From Caecitellus pseudoparvulus (taxonomy: Eukaryota; Protista; Bigyra: Bicosoecida), in contig CBFFRQ010000088.1 of the NCBI GenBank assembly GCA_965644315.1, positions 179,834-243,833 of the forward strand: a DNA stretch of 64,000 nucleotides. Direction: 5' to 3'. A program made the position numbers and the translations under genes. Positions 1-10,400 of the stretch are shown in pieces. How positions within the stretch are numbered: the first letter of the stretch is position 1; every line of letters starts with the position of its first letter. The notes under the pieces are model-generated. The model did not search any database. It was not told the origin of the DNA and was given only the letters and a program-made list of their open reading frames with translations.

Positions 1-3000
1 CTTCATGTGGGCGACCTGCTGCCCAACCCGACCACCCAGCGGGGAGCGGCAGGGGAACACACTCGAGCCCTGAACAGTGTCCTCATGAAGTGGAACTCAC
101 ACCTGCGCCGACTGTATGCGGCGTACACCCAGGTGAACTCCCGCACCGGCCAGGCGCTGGCAGCCGCCCAGGGCGTGTTGCCGGGCACTGGGCACGCGTT
201 GCTGGGTCTGCCTGGGGCGGGGGGGGACGCAGTCCTGCACCCGCAGTGCATGCAGCTGGGAGATCTGTGGACGCTGGTGTTGGACGCGGGGCTGGTGCGG
301 CCGCCCCTCACGCTGGCCTTTGTGGACACGGTCCTGCACCTGGTGCGCATGCGGCACGCAGTGTGCCTGGCGGGGGGGGCGGCAGAGGTGCAGAAGGGGA
401 GGGCGGCACGAGCGGCGCGAGGTGTCTCCACGCCACCCACCAGCCCTGCCGTGCGCCTGAGCGGCACCCTGTCGGCGGTATCCCCTGGCGGTACACGGGC
501 GTCAGTGGGTCACAGGGGGGGGGATGTCGTGGACGGCAAGCGGGTGGTGGATGGGGCCCCCGTGTCCCCCCTGCCTGTGGGACCGGGGGATGAGAGCAAG
601 GGGGAGGAGGGGGGCTGGGGCACGGCGCCAGTGCAGCGGACGGGGTGGGCCACGTCATCTGACAGCTCTGACGTCAGCGACGACGAGACCTGGGACGCAG
701 CCGCCGCTGCCGCCCCGCGTGCGGCAGCACCCACTCCAGCCCTTCGCCCAACATCTGCTGCACGCCTGCGGCAGACTGCGGCTGAGGCACGTCGGCACCG
801 CCCTCTTATTGCGGAGGAGGCAGCCCAGGCGGGGTCGCGTCGAGACGCCTTTGCCACACTGCTCTCCTGCCGCCGACATGATCCGGCCGAGCCAGTGCTG
901 TTCCGGGAGTTCGTGGAGGTGCTGGTGCGCCTGGCAGCCTTGACGGCAGGGGGCGTCGGCGGTGCCGCCTTTGCTTTGCTGGCTGACGAGGCGGGCACTG
1001 CACTTGGGGACGACGCCGGTGACACCCCCCGAGCAGGCACTACAGAGGGCCCAGCGGCAGGTACAGAGGGGCCAGAGCATGCAGCGGGGGCACCTGAAGG
1101 CGACGCCCTGCCGCCCATGCCCTCCATGCTGGCTAGCACGTGGGGCGGTGGCAGCAGTCTCGCGGCAGGGGACGGGCTGGGCGTCGGCTCGGTGTCCGTG
1201 TCGCTGTCCCAGCGGGCGGCAGGGGCTGGTGGCCACGCCAGCAGCCTGCAGTACCCCGGCGCTGGGGGATGGGGCGCCACGGGGCAGGGCTTGTCCCTGG
1301 CTCGATTTGGGCTGTCTGCAGGGCAGGCGTCGACGACCCTGCGCCAGGGCTCCACCCTGCGGCAGCCACCCGAGGCGGCCCTGCCCCCTCCACTGGGCAG
1401 CCAGCACCTGACTGGCTCCCAGGCCTCTGCTGCGGCACTGTCCCAGCGTGGCGGGGGGGGCGACGTGGTGCCTGCCATCCGTTCGCACTTTGACGCCCTG
1501 GCGCCAGGCACCACATCCCTCGCCGACGCAGTGGACCGCTTCATGCTGGCCCTGGGCGAGCCCCTGCTTGAGGCGGAGGCGGCGAGGGCAGCGGCACGTG
1601 AGGCATCCGTGTCGCACGGTGTAGCCCCCACTGCCCCAGCCTCGCCAGCCTCGCCTGCCTCAGCTCGGGATGGGCGTGTCCACGGTACCAGTGCCGCCCC
1701 ACACAGCCCCCTTCGAAGCCGGGCACTGAGCGCTCCCCCCGGTGGCCTACCAGGCTCGCCGGGCGTGCCAGGCAGCCCCTGGCGCGAGGCAGGCGCCCAA
1801 GGTGCAGGCGTGGGCGGCGAGGTGGGGCGGTGGGATGGACCCCGCCCCCACCAGGCCACCGGTCTGCGCCTGCACTTGCGCCAGCCAGCCGTGGTGGCGG
1901 TGCACGCGGGGCTGTGTGCGCAGCTGCAGGCGCTGCTCCTCAAGTACGCCACGCCGGACGCCACCCTGCCCCTCATGCCAGGCAGTGCCGACGCTGATGC
2001 GGCTCTGCTGGGCAGCATTGGGGCGGGGTCGGGTGCCGAGGGAGAGGTCCCGGCGCCCCCCCCTGCGGCCGGCAGCTGCACCGTGACTGCCTGGGACGTC
2101 GCTCGGTGTCTCGCGGACGCCAGGTTGCTGGATACGCACTTCTCAGCGGCCCATGTCGCGTGGCTGTGTGCTGCTGCGGCCTTCGGGGAAGGCGCCGTGG
2201 CGGAGGCGCAGCCCCTGCCTGGCGCTGACCTGTGGACGGACCCGCAGTCTGGCGCCGGCCGCCCCGCCTCGCCTGGGTCCTTTGTCGGTGCACTGCCGTT
2301 GGATGACTTGGCCGAGGGTGGCGGCAGTGAGGGGGGTGAGGAGGAGGAGGAGGAAGAGGGGGATGCTGGCCCTGATGACACCGTCACTGGGCTGTCAGAG
2401 GGCAAGGCTGACGAGACACAGCTGGGTGGCGGTGCAGGTGCTGGCCCAGACAGCGGGCGGTCTGAGGACCACACCGCCTTGGTGGTGGACACGGAGTCAC
2501 TGGGGGCGCTGGATGACCTGGGTGTCGGCCTGCCTGTGGCCGAGGTGTTAGCGCAGTCTGACGAAGAGGACGAGCGGGGTGCCTCCAGCGAGGCCAGTGG
2601 GCTGGCCAACGCAGTGGGGGACACAGCCCTGGCGCGCAAGCCGCCCACCACGGCGCCTGGTGGTTGGGCCGGCCTGGGGCTACCCCTCGTCTTCCCGCAG
2701 TTCCTGGAGGCCCTCGCGCGGGTGTGTCTGGCGCAGTACGCAGTCGCGCCGCTGCGACAGGCCGATGCGGCGGCACTGGCTGAGCACCACCAAGCACTGG
2801 CCTCGGCACGGCAGGCGGCAGAGGCGGCGGCCGCTGCCGCTGAAGCTGCCGCTGCTGCCGCTGCTGCGGCGCCCAAGAAAGGGGCAGGTAAGAAGAAGAA
2901 GTCCGCCGCCGTGCTGGCGGCGGAGGAAGAGGCTGCTTCTGCTGCGGCCAGCCTGGATACGGCAGCCCAGCGTGGTCCGCCGCCGACACCGCCGGCCGCT

Positions 3001-3162
3001 GTGGAGCTGCTGCCGCCACAGGCGCCCCTGGCGGCGAAGTTGGAGCACTTCCTCCTGCACACACTGCTGCGGAGGCACAAGATCGGCGGGCATGACGAGG
3101 CCTCCGAGAGCGTCTCTGTGCGTGTGGAGGCGACTGTGGATTCCCACGCCCGCCCAGGGTGA
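1..3162 (+). CDS. Radial spoke head 10 homolog B-like protein, 3' part (5' end lies outside the window)
   Basis: Open frame from the window start. Motifs 'VLMKWNSHLRRLYAAY', 'LWTLVLDAG...LTLAFVDTVL', 'HDPAEPVLFREFVEVLVRLA' and 'LVFPQFLEALARV' resemble the post-MORN region of RSPH10B, separated by long low-complexity inserts. Confidence 0.65.
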   Translation, partial: LHVGDLLPNPTTQRGAAGEHTRALNSVLMKWNSHLRRLYAAYTQVNSRTGQALAAAQGVLPGTGHALLGLPGAGGDAVLHPQCMQLGDLWTLVLDAGLVRPPLTLAFVDTVLHLVRMRHAVCLAGGAAEVQKGRAARAARGVSTPPTSPAVRLSGTLSAVSPGGTRASVGHRGGDVVDGKRVVDGAPVSPLPVGPGDESKGEEGGWGTAPVQRTGWATSSDSSDVSDDETWDAAAAAAPRAAAPTPALRPTSAARLRQTAAEARRHRPLIAEEAAQAGSRRDAFATLLSCRRHDPAEPVLFREFVEVLVRLAALTAGGVGGAAFALLADEAGTALGDDAGDTPRAGTTEGPAAGTEGPEHAAGAPEGDALPPMPSMLASTWGGGSSLAAGDGLGVGSVSVSLSQRAAGAGGHASSLQYPGAGGWGATGQGLSLARFGLSAGQASTTLRQGSTLRQPPEAALPPPLGSQHLTGSQASAAALSQRGGGGDVVPAIRSHFDALAPGTTSLADAVDRFMLALGEPLLEAEAARAAAREASVSHGVAPTAPASPASPASARDGRVHGTSAAPHSPLRSRALSAPPGGLPGSPGVPGSPWREAGAQGAGVGGEVGRWDGPRPHQATGLRLHLRQPAVVAVHAGLCAQLQALLLKYATPDATLPLMPGSADADAALLGSIGAGSGAEGEVPAPPPAAGSCTVTAWDVARCLADARLLDTHFSAAHVAWLCAAAAFGEGAVAEAQPLPGADLWTDPQSGAGRPASPGSFVGALPLDDLAEGGGSEGGEEEEEEEGDAGPDDTVTGLSEGKADETQLGGGAGAGPDSGRSEDHTALVVDTESLGALDDLGVGLPVAEVLAQSDEEDERGASSEASGLANAVGDTALARKPPTTAPGGWAGLGLPLVFPQFLEALARVCLAQYAVAPLRQADAAALAEHHQALASARQAAEAAAAAAEAAAAAAAAAPKKGAGKKKKSAAVLAAEEEAASAAASLDTAAQRGPPPTPPAAVELLPPQAPLAAKLEHFLLHTLLRRHKIGGHDEASESVSVRVEATVDSHARPG

Positions 3163-3317
3163 GGGGGGTGCCCCCGCAGAACACGTCTCTGCTGCAATGC
3201 AGGCGCTGCCAAGCATGCGCACCACCAACACATTGCACATTGCCACCTGCGACCCCGCGCCACCGCCCTCCCTTGCGCGTCCAACTCCTCGCCTTCCCTG
3301 CCACGCTGCTTCGCACC

Positions 3318-4259
3318 ATGGCCAGTGACACAGTGTCGGTCGCAGCCGCCTTTGAGGCCGCGGCAGCCGAGGGCCGAGCAGCCTTTGTGCCGTACATCAC
3401 GACGGGCTTCCCCACAGCCGAGTCCACGGTGGAGCTGCTGCAGGCGCTGGAGGCTGGCGGCGCAGACATCATCGAGGTGCGGAAATCGAGAGCGACAGGG
3501 AATGCCGCAACCCTGGCACCGCGCCACACGGCCGCCACCTTGCCTGCACTGCGCATCCCGCCCCCCGCACAGCTAGGAGTGCCTTTTTCAGACCCCCTGG
3601 CAGACGGGCCCACCATCCAGGCCGCCAACCAGCGTGCTCTCATGGGCGGCGCGTCCGTGCACACTGCGCTGGAGGCAGTCGCGGCTGCCCGCGCCGCAGG
3701 GGTCAAGGTGCCCATCATCCTCATGGGGTACTTGAACCCCTTCCTTTCCCACAACGCCGAGGGTGACGTGGCGCAGTTTGTGGCGGCAGCTGCGGCCGCT
3801 GGTGCCCAAGGCTTCATCGTGGTGGACTTGCCGCCCGATGAGCCCCCAGCCAAGGCGTGGTTGAGCGCCTGCGCCGAGCACAAGCTCTGCTTCGTGCCAC
3901 TGGTAGCGCCCACCACGACAGACGCACGTCTGGGCGAGGTGGCTGCAGCTGTCGGCGACGCAGCGGCGTACGTGTACTGCGTCAGCATCGCTGGCGTGAC
4001 CGGCGCTCGCACCGACCTGCCTGACCACCTGCCTGCTTTCATCAGCCGTGTGGCCAGCGCCTTCCCCAGCAGTCCCCTGGTGGTGGGCTTCGGCATCAGC
4101 ACGCCGGAACACGTGCAGCAGGTGTTCAAGAAGGTCGGCGCGGCAGGGGCAGTCGTGGGCAGCGCAGTGGTCAAGGCTGCCGACAAGGCGCATGCGGAGG
4201 GTGGGGACGCAGGGAAGGCAGTCAAGGAGCTCGTGCAGCACTTGACCTCCTTGAAGTGA
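3318..4259 (+). CDS. trpA: Tryptophan synthase alpha subunit, stand-alone; one intron at 3477-3572
   Basis: AFVPYITTGFP, GADIIE|LGVPFSDPLADGPTIQ (catalytic Glu and Asp present), LMGYLNP, VDLPP, GVTGAR, VGFGIS, VVGSA. A 96-nt GT..AG in-frame intron splits IIE/LG. Confidence 0.95.
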   Translation: MASDTVSVAAAFEAAAAEGRAAFVPYITTGFPTAESTVELLQALEAGGADIIEVRKSRATGNAATLAPRHTAATLPALRIPPPAQLGVPFSDPLADGPTIQAANQRALMGGASVHTALEAVAAARAAGVKVPIILMGYLNPFLSHNAEGDVAQFVAAAAAAGAQGFIVVDLPPDEPPAKAWLSACAEHKLCFVPLVAPTTTDARLGEVAAAVGDAAAYVYCVSIAGVTGARTDLPDHLPAFISRVASAFPSSPLVVGFGISTPEHVQQVFKKVGAAGAVVGSAVVKAADKAHAEGGDAGKAVKELVQHLTSLK

Positions 4260-4508
4260 GGCTCGATCTGCCCCGCCTCCGAGGAACTGCTGCATCCGGC
4301 CGGCGCTGCTGCTCGAGGATGAAGAGTGTCCCCCCCTTGATAAAGGGGTGCAGCCAGGCCGCACTTCAGGCTGCAGGCACGGCACATGGCCCTGTGCCAC
4401 ACAATGCAACATTCGCGTGAAATATGCAAAGAGGCATTGCCGTGCTGCTTCAAGGCCCCGCTCGGGCGCACAGGTCGTGGACGTGTTGAGGCATTCGATT
4501 TCCGCAGC

Positions 4509-5870
4509 ATGGCAGCGCAGTTGAGCGCTGAAGAGGCGGCAGTGTACGACCGGCAGATTCGCCTGTGGGGCGTGGACGCACAAGCCCGCATGCAGAGCAG
4601 CAGGGTTGTCTTGGCAGGGCGTGTGGACGGGGCTCTCGCCGAGGTGCGTCGGGCGTGGTATTTGAACCGCCTGGTGCGGCGGCACCTCGCGCCCTCCTGT
4701 GCGCACCGCAGATCGCAAAGAACTTGGTGCTGGCCGGCGTGAAGCTCACTCTCAGCGACGACACTCCCGTGCAAGAGGCTGACCTGTGCACGAACTTCTT
4801 CCTGCGGGCGGCAGACGTTGGCCGGCCTGTGAGTGCGTCGTGAGCACGCTGACATTCACTCCGCACTCTGTTCACCCCCCTGTCCACCGCAGACAGCGGA
4901 AGCATGTGCGCCACGCATGCGGGAACTAAACCCACTGTCTGCAGTGGATGTGCTGGACACACCCCTGGCCTCAGCGGACGACGCAGCCCTCGCTTCCGCC
5001 CTCGCCTCAGCCACAGTCCTGGTGCTCGGTGGTCCGCCCAGCTCCAGCAAGGTGAGCAGTCCAGCCACACCGCCGCAGCACCACTGTCTTGCACCCCTTG
5101 CCATCTCTCCATGCGCAGGATCGCTTGAGCGATGCGGCTCGGGCGGCGGGGGTGGCCGTGGTGCAAGTGCATGTGTGTGGTCCTTTCAGCCTGGCTTGGC
5201 TAGACTGGGGGGCCAGCTACACCTTCTCACAGTGCGTGCTGAGCCCAGTGCTCGGTGCACTACACGCCACACACACTCATTTCGCCTTTCCAGGGAGTCC
5301 AAAGCCGCTGATCCCACAGCTGCTGCCGTGAAGCAGGGCTTCTCTGTCAGTTACCCATCCTGCACTGAGGCCCGAGCACTGCGCCCGGCGGCAGGGCGCA
5401 AGGTGCGGCGGGCTGCCGACAAGTTCGCCGTGCTGTGCTGCATGTGGGCGCTGGAGGTGGAGGCGCTGCGTGGCAGCAGTCCAGGCGAAGCGGATCTGAG
5501 CGCCACCGCCGCTGCCCTCGCCACCGCCTGTGGCCTGCCGTCTGACACTGCCTCGCCTGCCGTGGCTGCGGAGGTGGTGCGATGCAGGGGCACGCAAGAC
5601 CCCTCCACATGCGCCCTGGTGGGGGGCTTGCTCGCCGTGGAGGTGACCAAGGTCCTGCAGCGCAAGGGCATGCCCGCCTTCCACCTCGTCGTGTTTGACG
5701 GCCGCAGCGGGGAGAGCAGGGCGGTGGACCTCACCTCGCCACTGGCACGGTACGACCCGCCCTTTGTGAAGGATGCAGGCAGCTCCACGGCTGATCAGGC
5801 GCCTAGCGGGGCAGAGCCCGACGGCGGCGCAGAGGTGTTGGACGACGACGATGTTGTGCTGGAGGGGTGA
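4509..5870 (+). CDS. SAE1: SUMO-activating enzyme subunit 1 (AOS1/SAE1), multi-exon
   Basis: 'EAAVYDRQIRLWGVDAQARM', 'IAKNLVLAGV', 'NFFL', 'ELNP' and 'CALVGGLLAVEVTKVL...FDG' lie in different frames joined by short GT-AG introns. Confidence 0.9.
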
Positions 5871-6108
5871 GGGGTGCCGCAGGGCAGGGCTGGCGAGCTT
5901 TCGTTGCATGCCAAATTCTTGTCCTCCTAGTCATTTCTCAGCAGGCTTTCCAATTTGGCTGCACCAGCCGTCTACTTCCCTGGGTTGCTCTCGGCAGCGC
6001 CGGTGCTGAGTCGAACGGCGCAGGCTGACACGCCAGCCGGCAAGCACGTCTCCAGTTTCGCTCCCCTCGCCGGTCTTGACCAGCGGCAGCTTGAATGCAC
6101 AGCTAGGC

Positions 6109-7439
6109 ATGGATTCTATAGCCTCTTTTTGTTTCCACGCGGCCACGTGAGCCCTGGCGAGGCGTTTGAGCGCAGGCGTTACCTCCACGTTTCGCACCCT
6201 CCTTCACAGCATCGGCGGCTTTTCCATTGCTTCCTGGCGAAGCATCAAGGCGCTCCTGCAGCAGGAACGCGATGCAGCCCAGAAGTCTAACATGTCACCG
6301 GACGAGTCTGCCCATGCGTGGTCTCCAGACGTCATGCTGCAGTTCTGGTGTGTGGTGGCAGCGCACGAGTTCTCGAGGCAGCTCAACACCCACCCGCACC
6401 TGCGCTCGGCACAGGGTCACGTCTGGTCTCCTGCACTACCTGGCCACCTTGCACCTGTGAGTTGCCATGCCGCCCGTCCTCCTGCGTGACAAAGCCCCAC
6501 CCCCACTTTTTCTCTGTCGCAGACCGTACGCTGCTGAGTTGCGCACTCTGCTTCTCCTGGTGTGCATCGCGCCGGGGCTGGGCATCACGGCCTCCACATC
6601 CATCTACCAGCATGCCACCAAGCCACTCGTGGACGCTGTGGCGCCCACCGTCGTTCCACGTGTCCTGCGCCTGAAGCGCTCCAGCCAGAAGGCGGCCGTG
6701 GCGGCGTTGCAGCCCATGCTGACGATGGCCACGGAGTCACTGCTGCCGTACGCAGCGCCAGAGGGTGTGTGGTGCCACATTGTGCCGTCATCATCGCAAC
6801 ATGCAGACACTCTCCCCCCCCCCCCCCCTTTCCTCAGACCTGGACCGCGCCCAGGAGGCCATGGAGCGTCTGCGGGCCCAAGTGACCAAGCGGCGACGGG
6901 AGCTCGAGATCCGGGGCCTGGCCAGGCCACTCATGGGCAGCCCCACCGCCAGCGTCCTGGGCCAGGCCGCCGCCAACGTGATGGAGTCGGTGCAGGGCGC
7001 AGTGCAGGCGGATGACCAGGCGCCGCCGCCGTCGTCAGACCGCAGCAGCATGGAGGCTGCCGCACAGGGCGCCTGGTCCATGGTGTCTGGCCTCGTGCGC
7101 ATGCTGCCGGCGGCTCAGGGGGCCACCTCGCCTCGCCACAGCTCTGCGGCCGGAACCGTGGCCAGTGCCACCAGCGGCGGCAGCGGCGCCAGCGGGGTGG
7201 TCAGCGAAGATGCCCAGCGGACATGGGAGGCGGGGCTGGAGGACATGGACGCCGTGCTGGATGACGACCAGGTGCCGCTGGCGTTCGTGGATGAGGACTC
7301 CTCACCGCCCCCTGTGCGGGGCCGGCACACTATGGCTGGGCCGGGGGCGGCGAAGGGTCAGCGGCAGCCACGCACCCGGGCATCAGACGGCTACACCATG
7401 CGCAAGCGCAGTGGCGGGACTCGCGGGGCAATGCATTGA
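6109..7439 (+). CDS. TB2/DP1/HVA22 (REEP)-like membrane protein, multi-exon; exon boundaries approximate
   Basis: Segments 'IASWRSIKAL', 'VMLQFW' and 'PYAAELRTLLLLVCIAPGLG...SIYQHATKPLV' follow the REEP/HVA22 pattern, followed by a coiled and disordered tail. Confidence 0.5.
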
Positions 7440-7452
7440 GTGGTGGCGGCAC

Positions 7453-8718
7453 TCACACCGCCTCGCCCACTGCCGCGGCATATCGCTCCACTACCACCTT
7501 GGAGGGCGGGTGGGCCGTCGCCACCTGTTGCAGCAGTGCCCCAGCCGCCTTGGCTACAGCGTGGCTGGGCACTGGGACGAGAGGCTTCAGGGTGCTGGCT
7601 GTCTGCCCTGCCTCCAGTCGGGCTGCATCCAGCAACACCAGCGCTGCCTCTGTCATGCGCACACAGTGCTGTGCTCCCAGTGCTTCCAGCGCAGCGGGGC
7701 GGGCGACGATGTGTGCCAGAGCGGTGATGGCACGTGCCAGCGTCTCTTGGCTGACGCAGCTGGGTGTGAAGACCGACGCCTCCCCTGCGCCCGTACCTGC
7801 CCCAGCTCCTGCCGTGGCAGTGGTCGGCGTCGTGCGTTTCGGCAGCATGTCCACCAGCAGCACACCACCCCTCGCCACCTTCTCAACTTCAGACGCCTCA
7901 ACCGCCAGATTGCTCAGCACGCCCACCCCTGCATCCACCAGCGCACTCGTGCCACGCCCCTGCTGCATCGCCTGCTGCACCGCTGCAGTGACACTCGCCA
8001 GCACAGCTGGGTTCTGCGTCACGGCAGGCAAGGACTGCCCATGTGCACACAGGTTCTTCAGCACACGCAGAGCAGGCACGGCTGCCTCTAGCACGGCAGC
8101 TGGCGCGTCACTCGCTGCAGCGGCCTCCACCGCCCTGTGGGCATGTGCCACCAGCGCACTGGTGGCGTACCCCCCCCTCACCCCCATGGACGGGAAGTTG
8201 TCAGGGACGGTGGCGAAGTTGACCAGGCTACCGAAAGCCGCAGCAGTCACGGCTGGGGGCTGCGCCTGGGGGTCTGTCAGGCGCAGCAGGCGGCCCAGGA
8301 TGCCGCTGCTGCGGTACGCCGTGTGCAGCCCGTAGAAGCCCGACTGCCGCCGAGCCAGGTCCAGTGCGGCAAGCAGCTGAGCCTCGTCATCTGGCTCTTG
8401 CAGCACTGCCAGGACCTCCTCGATGGGCGTGCGCAGGTCCATGGGAGGGTGCGGCTTGGGGGCTTGCGTAGGTGCTGGCTTGGGTGCCTGCGGCCTTGGC
8501 TCCTGTGTCGCCTCGGGCGTTGCAGCTGTGCGAGGCGGTTCATCCGCCTTGACGTCGCTGCTTGGTGAGGGGAGCTTGGCTTTGCCGGCAGGCGGCTCCT
8601 CTGCATGCGCACTGCGTCGCGTATAGTACACGTAGGCAAGACCAGCTGCTGCTGCGGCCGCCACGGTCAGACCCAGCCGCATGCGCTGCGAAGACAGCCA
8701 TGTTTTGTCGTCGGCCAT
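7453..8718 (-). CDS. Armadillo-repeat protein with N-terminal signal-anchor helix
   Basis: ATG at 8718. 'LGLTVAAAAAAGLAYVYYTRR' is a TM helix with a basic flank, then a Pro-rich linker and ARM-like helices ('ALRVLKNLC', 'GVGVLSNLA', 'AITALAHI'). Confidence 0.6.
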   Translation of the reverse strand: MADDKTWLSSQRMRLGLTVAAAAAAGLAYVYYTRRSAHAEEPPAGKAKLPSPSSDVKADEPPRTAATPEATQEPRPQAPKPAPTQAPKPHPPMDLRTPIEEVLAVLQEPDDEAQLLAALDLARRQSGFYGLHTAYRSSGILGRLLRLTDPQAQPPAVTAAAFGSLVNFATVPDNFPSMGVRGGYATSALVAHAHRAVEAAAASDAPAAVLEAAVPALRVLKNLCAHGQSLPAVTQNPAVLASVTAAVQQAMQQGRGTSALVDAGVGVLSNLAVEASEVEKVARGGVLLVDMLPKRTTPTTATAGAGAGTGAGEASVFTPSCVSQETLARAITALAHIVARPAALEALGAQHCVRMTEAALVLLDAARLEAGQTASTLKPLVPVPSHAVAKAAGALLQQVATAHPPSKVVVERYAAAVGEAV

Positions 8719-9166
8719 GGCTCGCTTGCGGAAATTGGTTCCGCAACACGCAGAAAGAAGCCGACCGCAGCGTCCTGGGGGAAGCGTGGCTGTAGCTGGC
8801 ACAGAAGAAATACACTGTTTGAATCAAAGTTTCGAAGCCCTGCGCTCGCTTCGCACAATTTCGGGATTTGTTGAGGGTGAGAAGGCCGACAGCTCGCTGC
8901 TCGTCTCCCGCACCAGCACACAAAGAGAACTTGCGTGCATAAAAAATCCCCCCTAAATAGCTTTGGACAGGTCTCGTTGTTGTGCTGCCGTGGCGGCCAG
9001 GGTGCTCCCTCCCCTCTGGCGCAGCACTCCGCTCGCTCTGGAACTCTCTCGTGCACGGGTCAGCTGTCGAGCACGCCGTGGCTGCCCCTGCGTGGAGCTG
9101 AGGGCGGCACGGGCCACAAGGCAACAGGAGCGTTGAAGAAGGCCTTACCTGCTCCAGGCTTCAACG

Positions 9167-10381
9167 ATGCAGACGACGGCGCTGCCATGGCCGACGCTGC
9201 TCGCTATTCAGGGTGAGTGATGGCACCTTGAAACTCCGCAGGTGCACGCGCAGCCCTGCAGCACCCCCAAGCCCCGCCCTTGCGCAGTTTGGGTGATCAT
9301 CCTTGGGTGGGTGGCGACAGCACAGGCTGGTGTCAACGTGGCACTGGCAAGTAGTCTGGGGGGCGCGTCCCTGCTCGCAGCAGCGGTGTCTGTGAGCAGC
9401 ACCGCGGTGCTGTGTGGCTTGTGGGCCGGCGGGCAGGAGATGGCAGAGCGGTCCCAGGACAAGGCGGCCGCCCCACGGCGGTGGCCTGAGTGGTGGAAGT
9501 TCCTGGGCGGCTGCATTGGCTTCCTGTACCTGGGCAGCTCAGTGCTCATCGTACCGCGCCTGGGGTTCAGCCTCACCTACACCCTGCTCGTGTCGGGCAG
9601 CATCACGGCGGGTGTGGCGTACGACCACTACGGCACGCTGGGCATGGTGCGCGCGCCCATTGACCTGTGGAAGATCCTCGCCGTCGCCCTGTGCGTGGCA
9701 GGCGTCTTCTTGAACGTCGTGGCGCAGGTGGAGGCAGACCAGGAAGCGCGGCGGGGGCGTGTTGGGCCTGGGGAGGTGGCCATTGAGAGCCTCGTCACCT
9801 TCGCCATCGGCTGCACGCTGCCTCTGCAGGGCATGCTGAACCGCGCCTTGGGTCAGGCCCTGAAGCGCCCCACGGAGGCGGCCACCGTGCAGTGCGTCGT
9901 GAACGCCCTGTGCTGCGCTGTGGGCTATGGCATCAGCGTGGGGGCTGGGCTATCAGCAACAGGCGGTGTGGCCGAGGGGGCTGCCAGGGCTCCCTGGTGG
10001 ACGTGGCTGGGCGGCGTGGGCGGCCTGCTGCTGGTGTACTCGGGCATGACGTTTATCGCCGTGGTGGGGGTGGGCCCATACTTCATCCTCATCACGCTGG
10101 GGCAGCTGAGCAGCTCACTCGTGTGGGACGCCACTGGCGTGTTCATCCCCCACCGCGTGCCACCCACGTGGCAGCGCCTGGTGGGTGCAGGTGTCGCCAT
10201 GCTGGCGTTCCTGCTGCTGACGCACTCCCGTTCCCTGGCGGCGCTGGAGCGTGCGCGAGACCCCAGCATTGCGGGGGGCCGGGAACGCCTGCTGCAGGGT
10301 GACGAGGAGGAGGGCAGCGGCCAGGTCTCGCCTGCCCTCAGCACCGCCAGCCTGCATGCCGAAATGAAGAGCACTCGTTGA
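9167..10381 (+). CDS. DMT superfamily transporter, YdcZ (DUF606) family; intron at 9213-9287
   Basis: Two internal repeats ('AQAGVNVAL...WWKFLGGCIG...PRLG...YDHYG' and 'LQGMLNRAL...PWWTWLGGVGG...GQLSSSLVWD'), about 10 TM helices. Splicing a 75-nt GT-AG intron gives MQTTALPWPTLLAIQVWVIILG. Confidence 0.8.
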
Positions 10382-10400
10382 GGGCGAGCCGTGCAGCGCG

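Noticed and set aside
510-3527. 1005-aa reverse-strand ORF, and similar long ORFs at 2384-4855, 30358-32022, 32773-34413 and 37148-38884
   Set aside because: Antisense shadows of real genes in GC-rich DNA. They are Ala/Ser/Arg-rich with no motifs.
3477-3572. Apparent protein insertions in TrpA, SEM1 and FEN1 in the ORF track
   Set aside because: These are stop-free, 3n-length GT-AG introns of the size typical for this genome.
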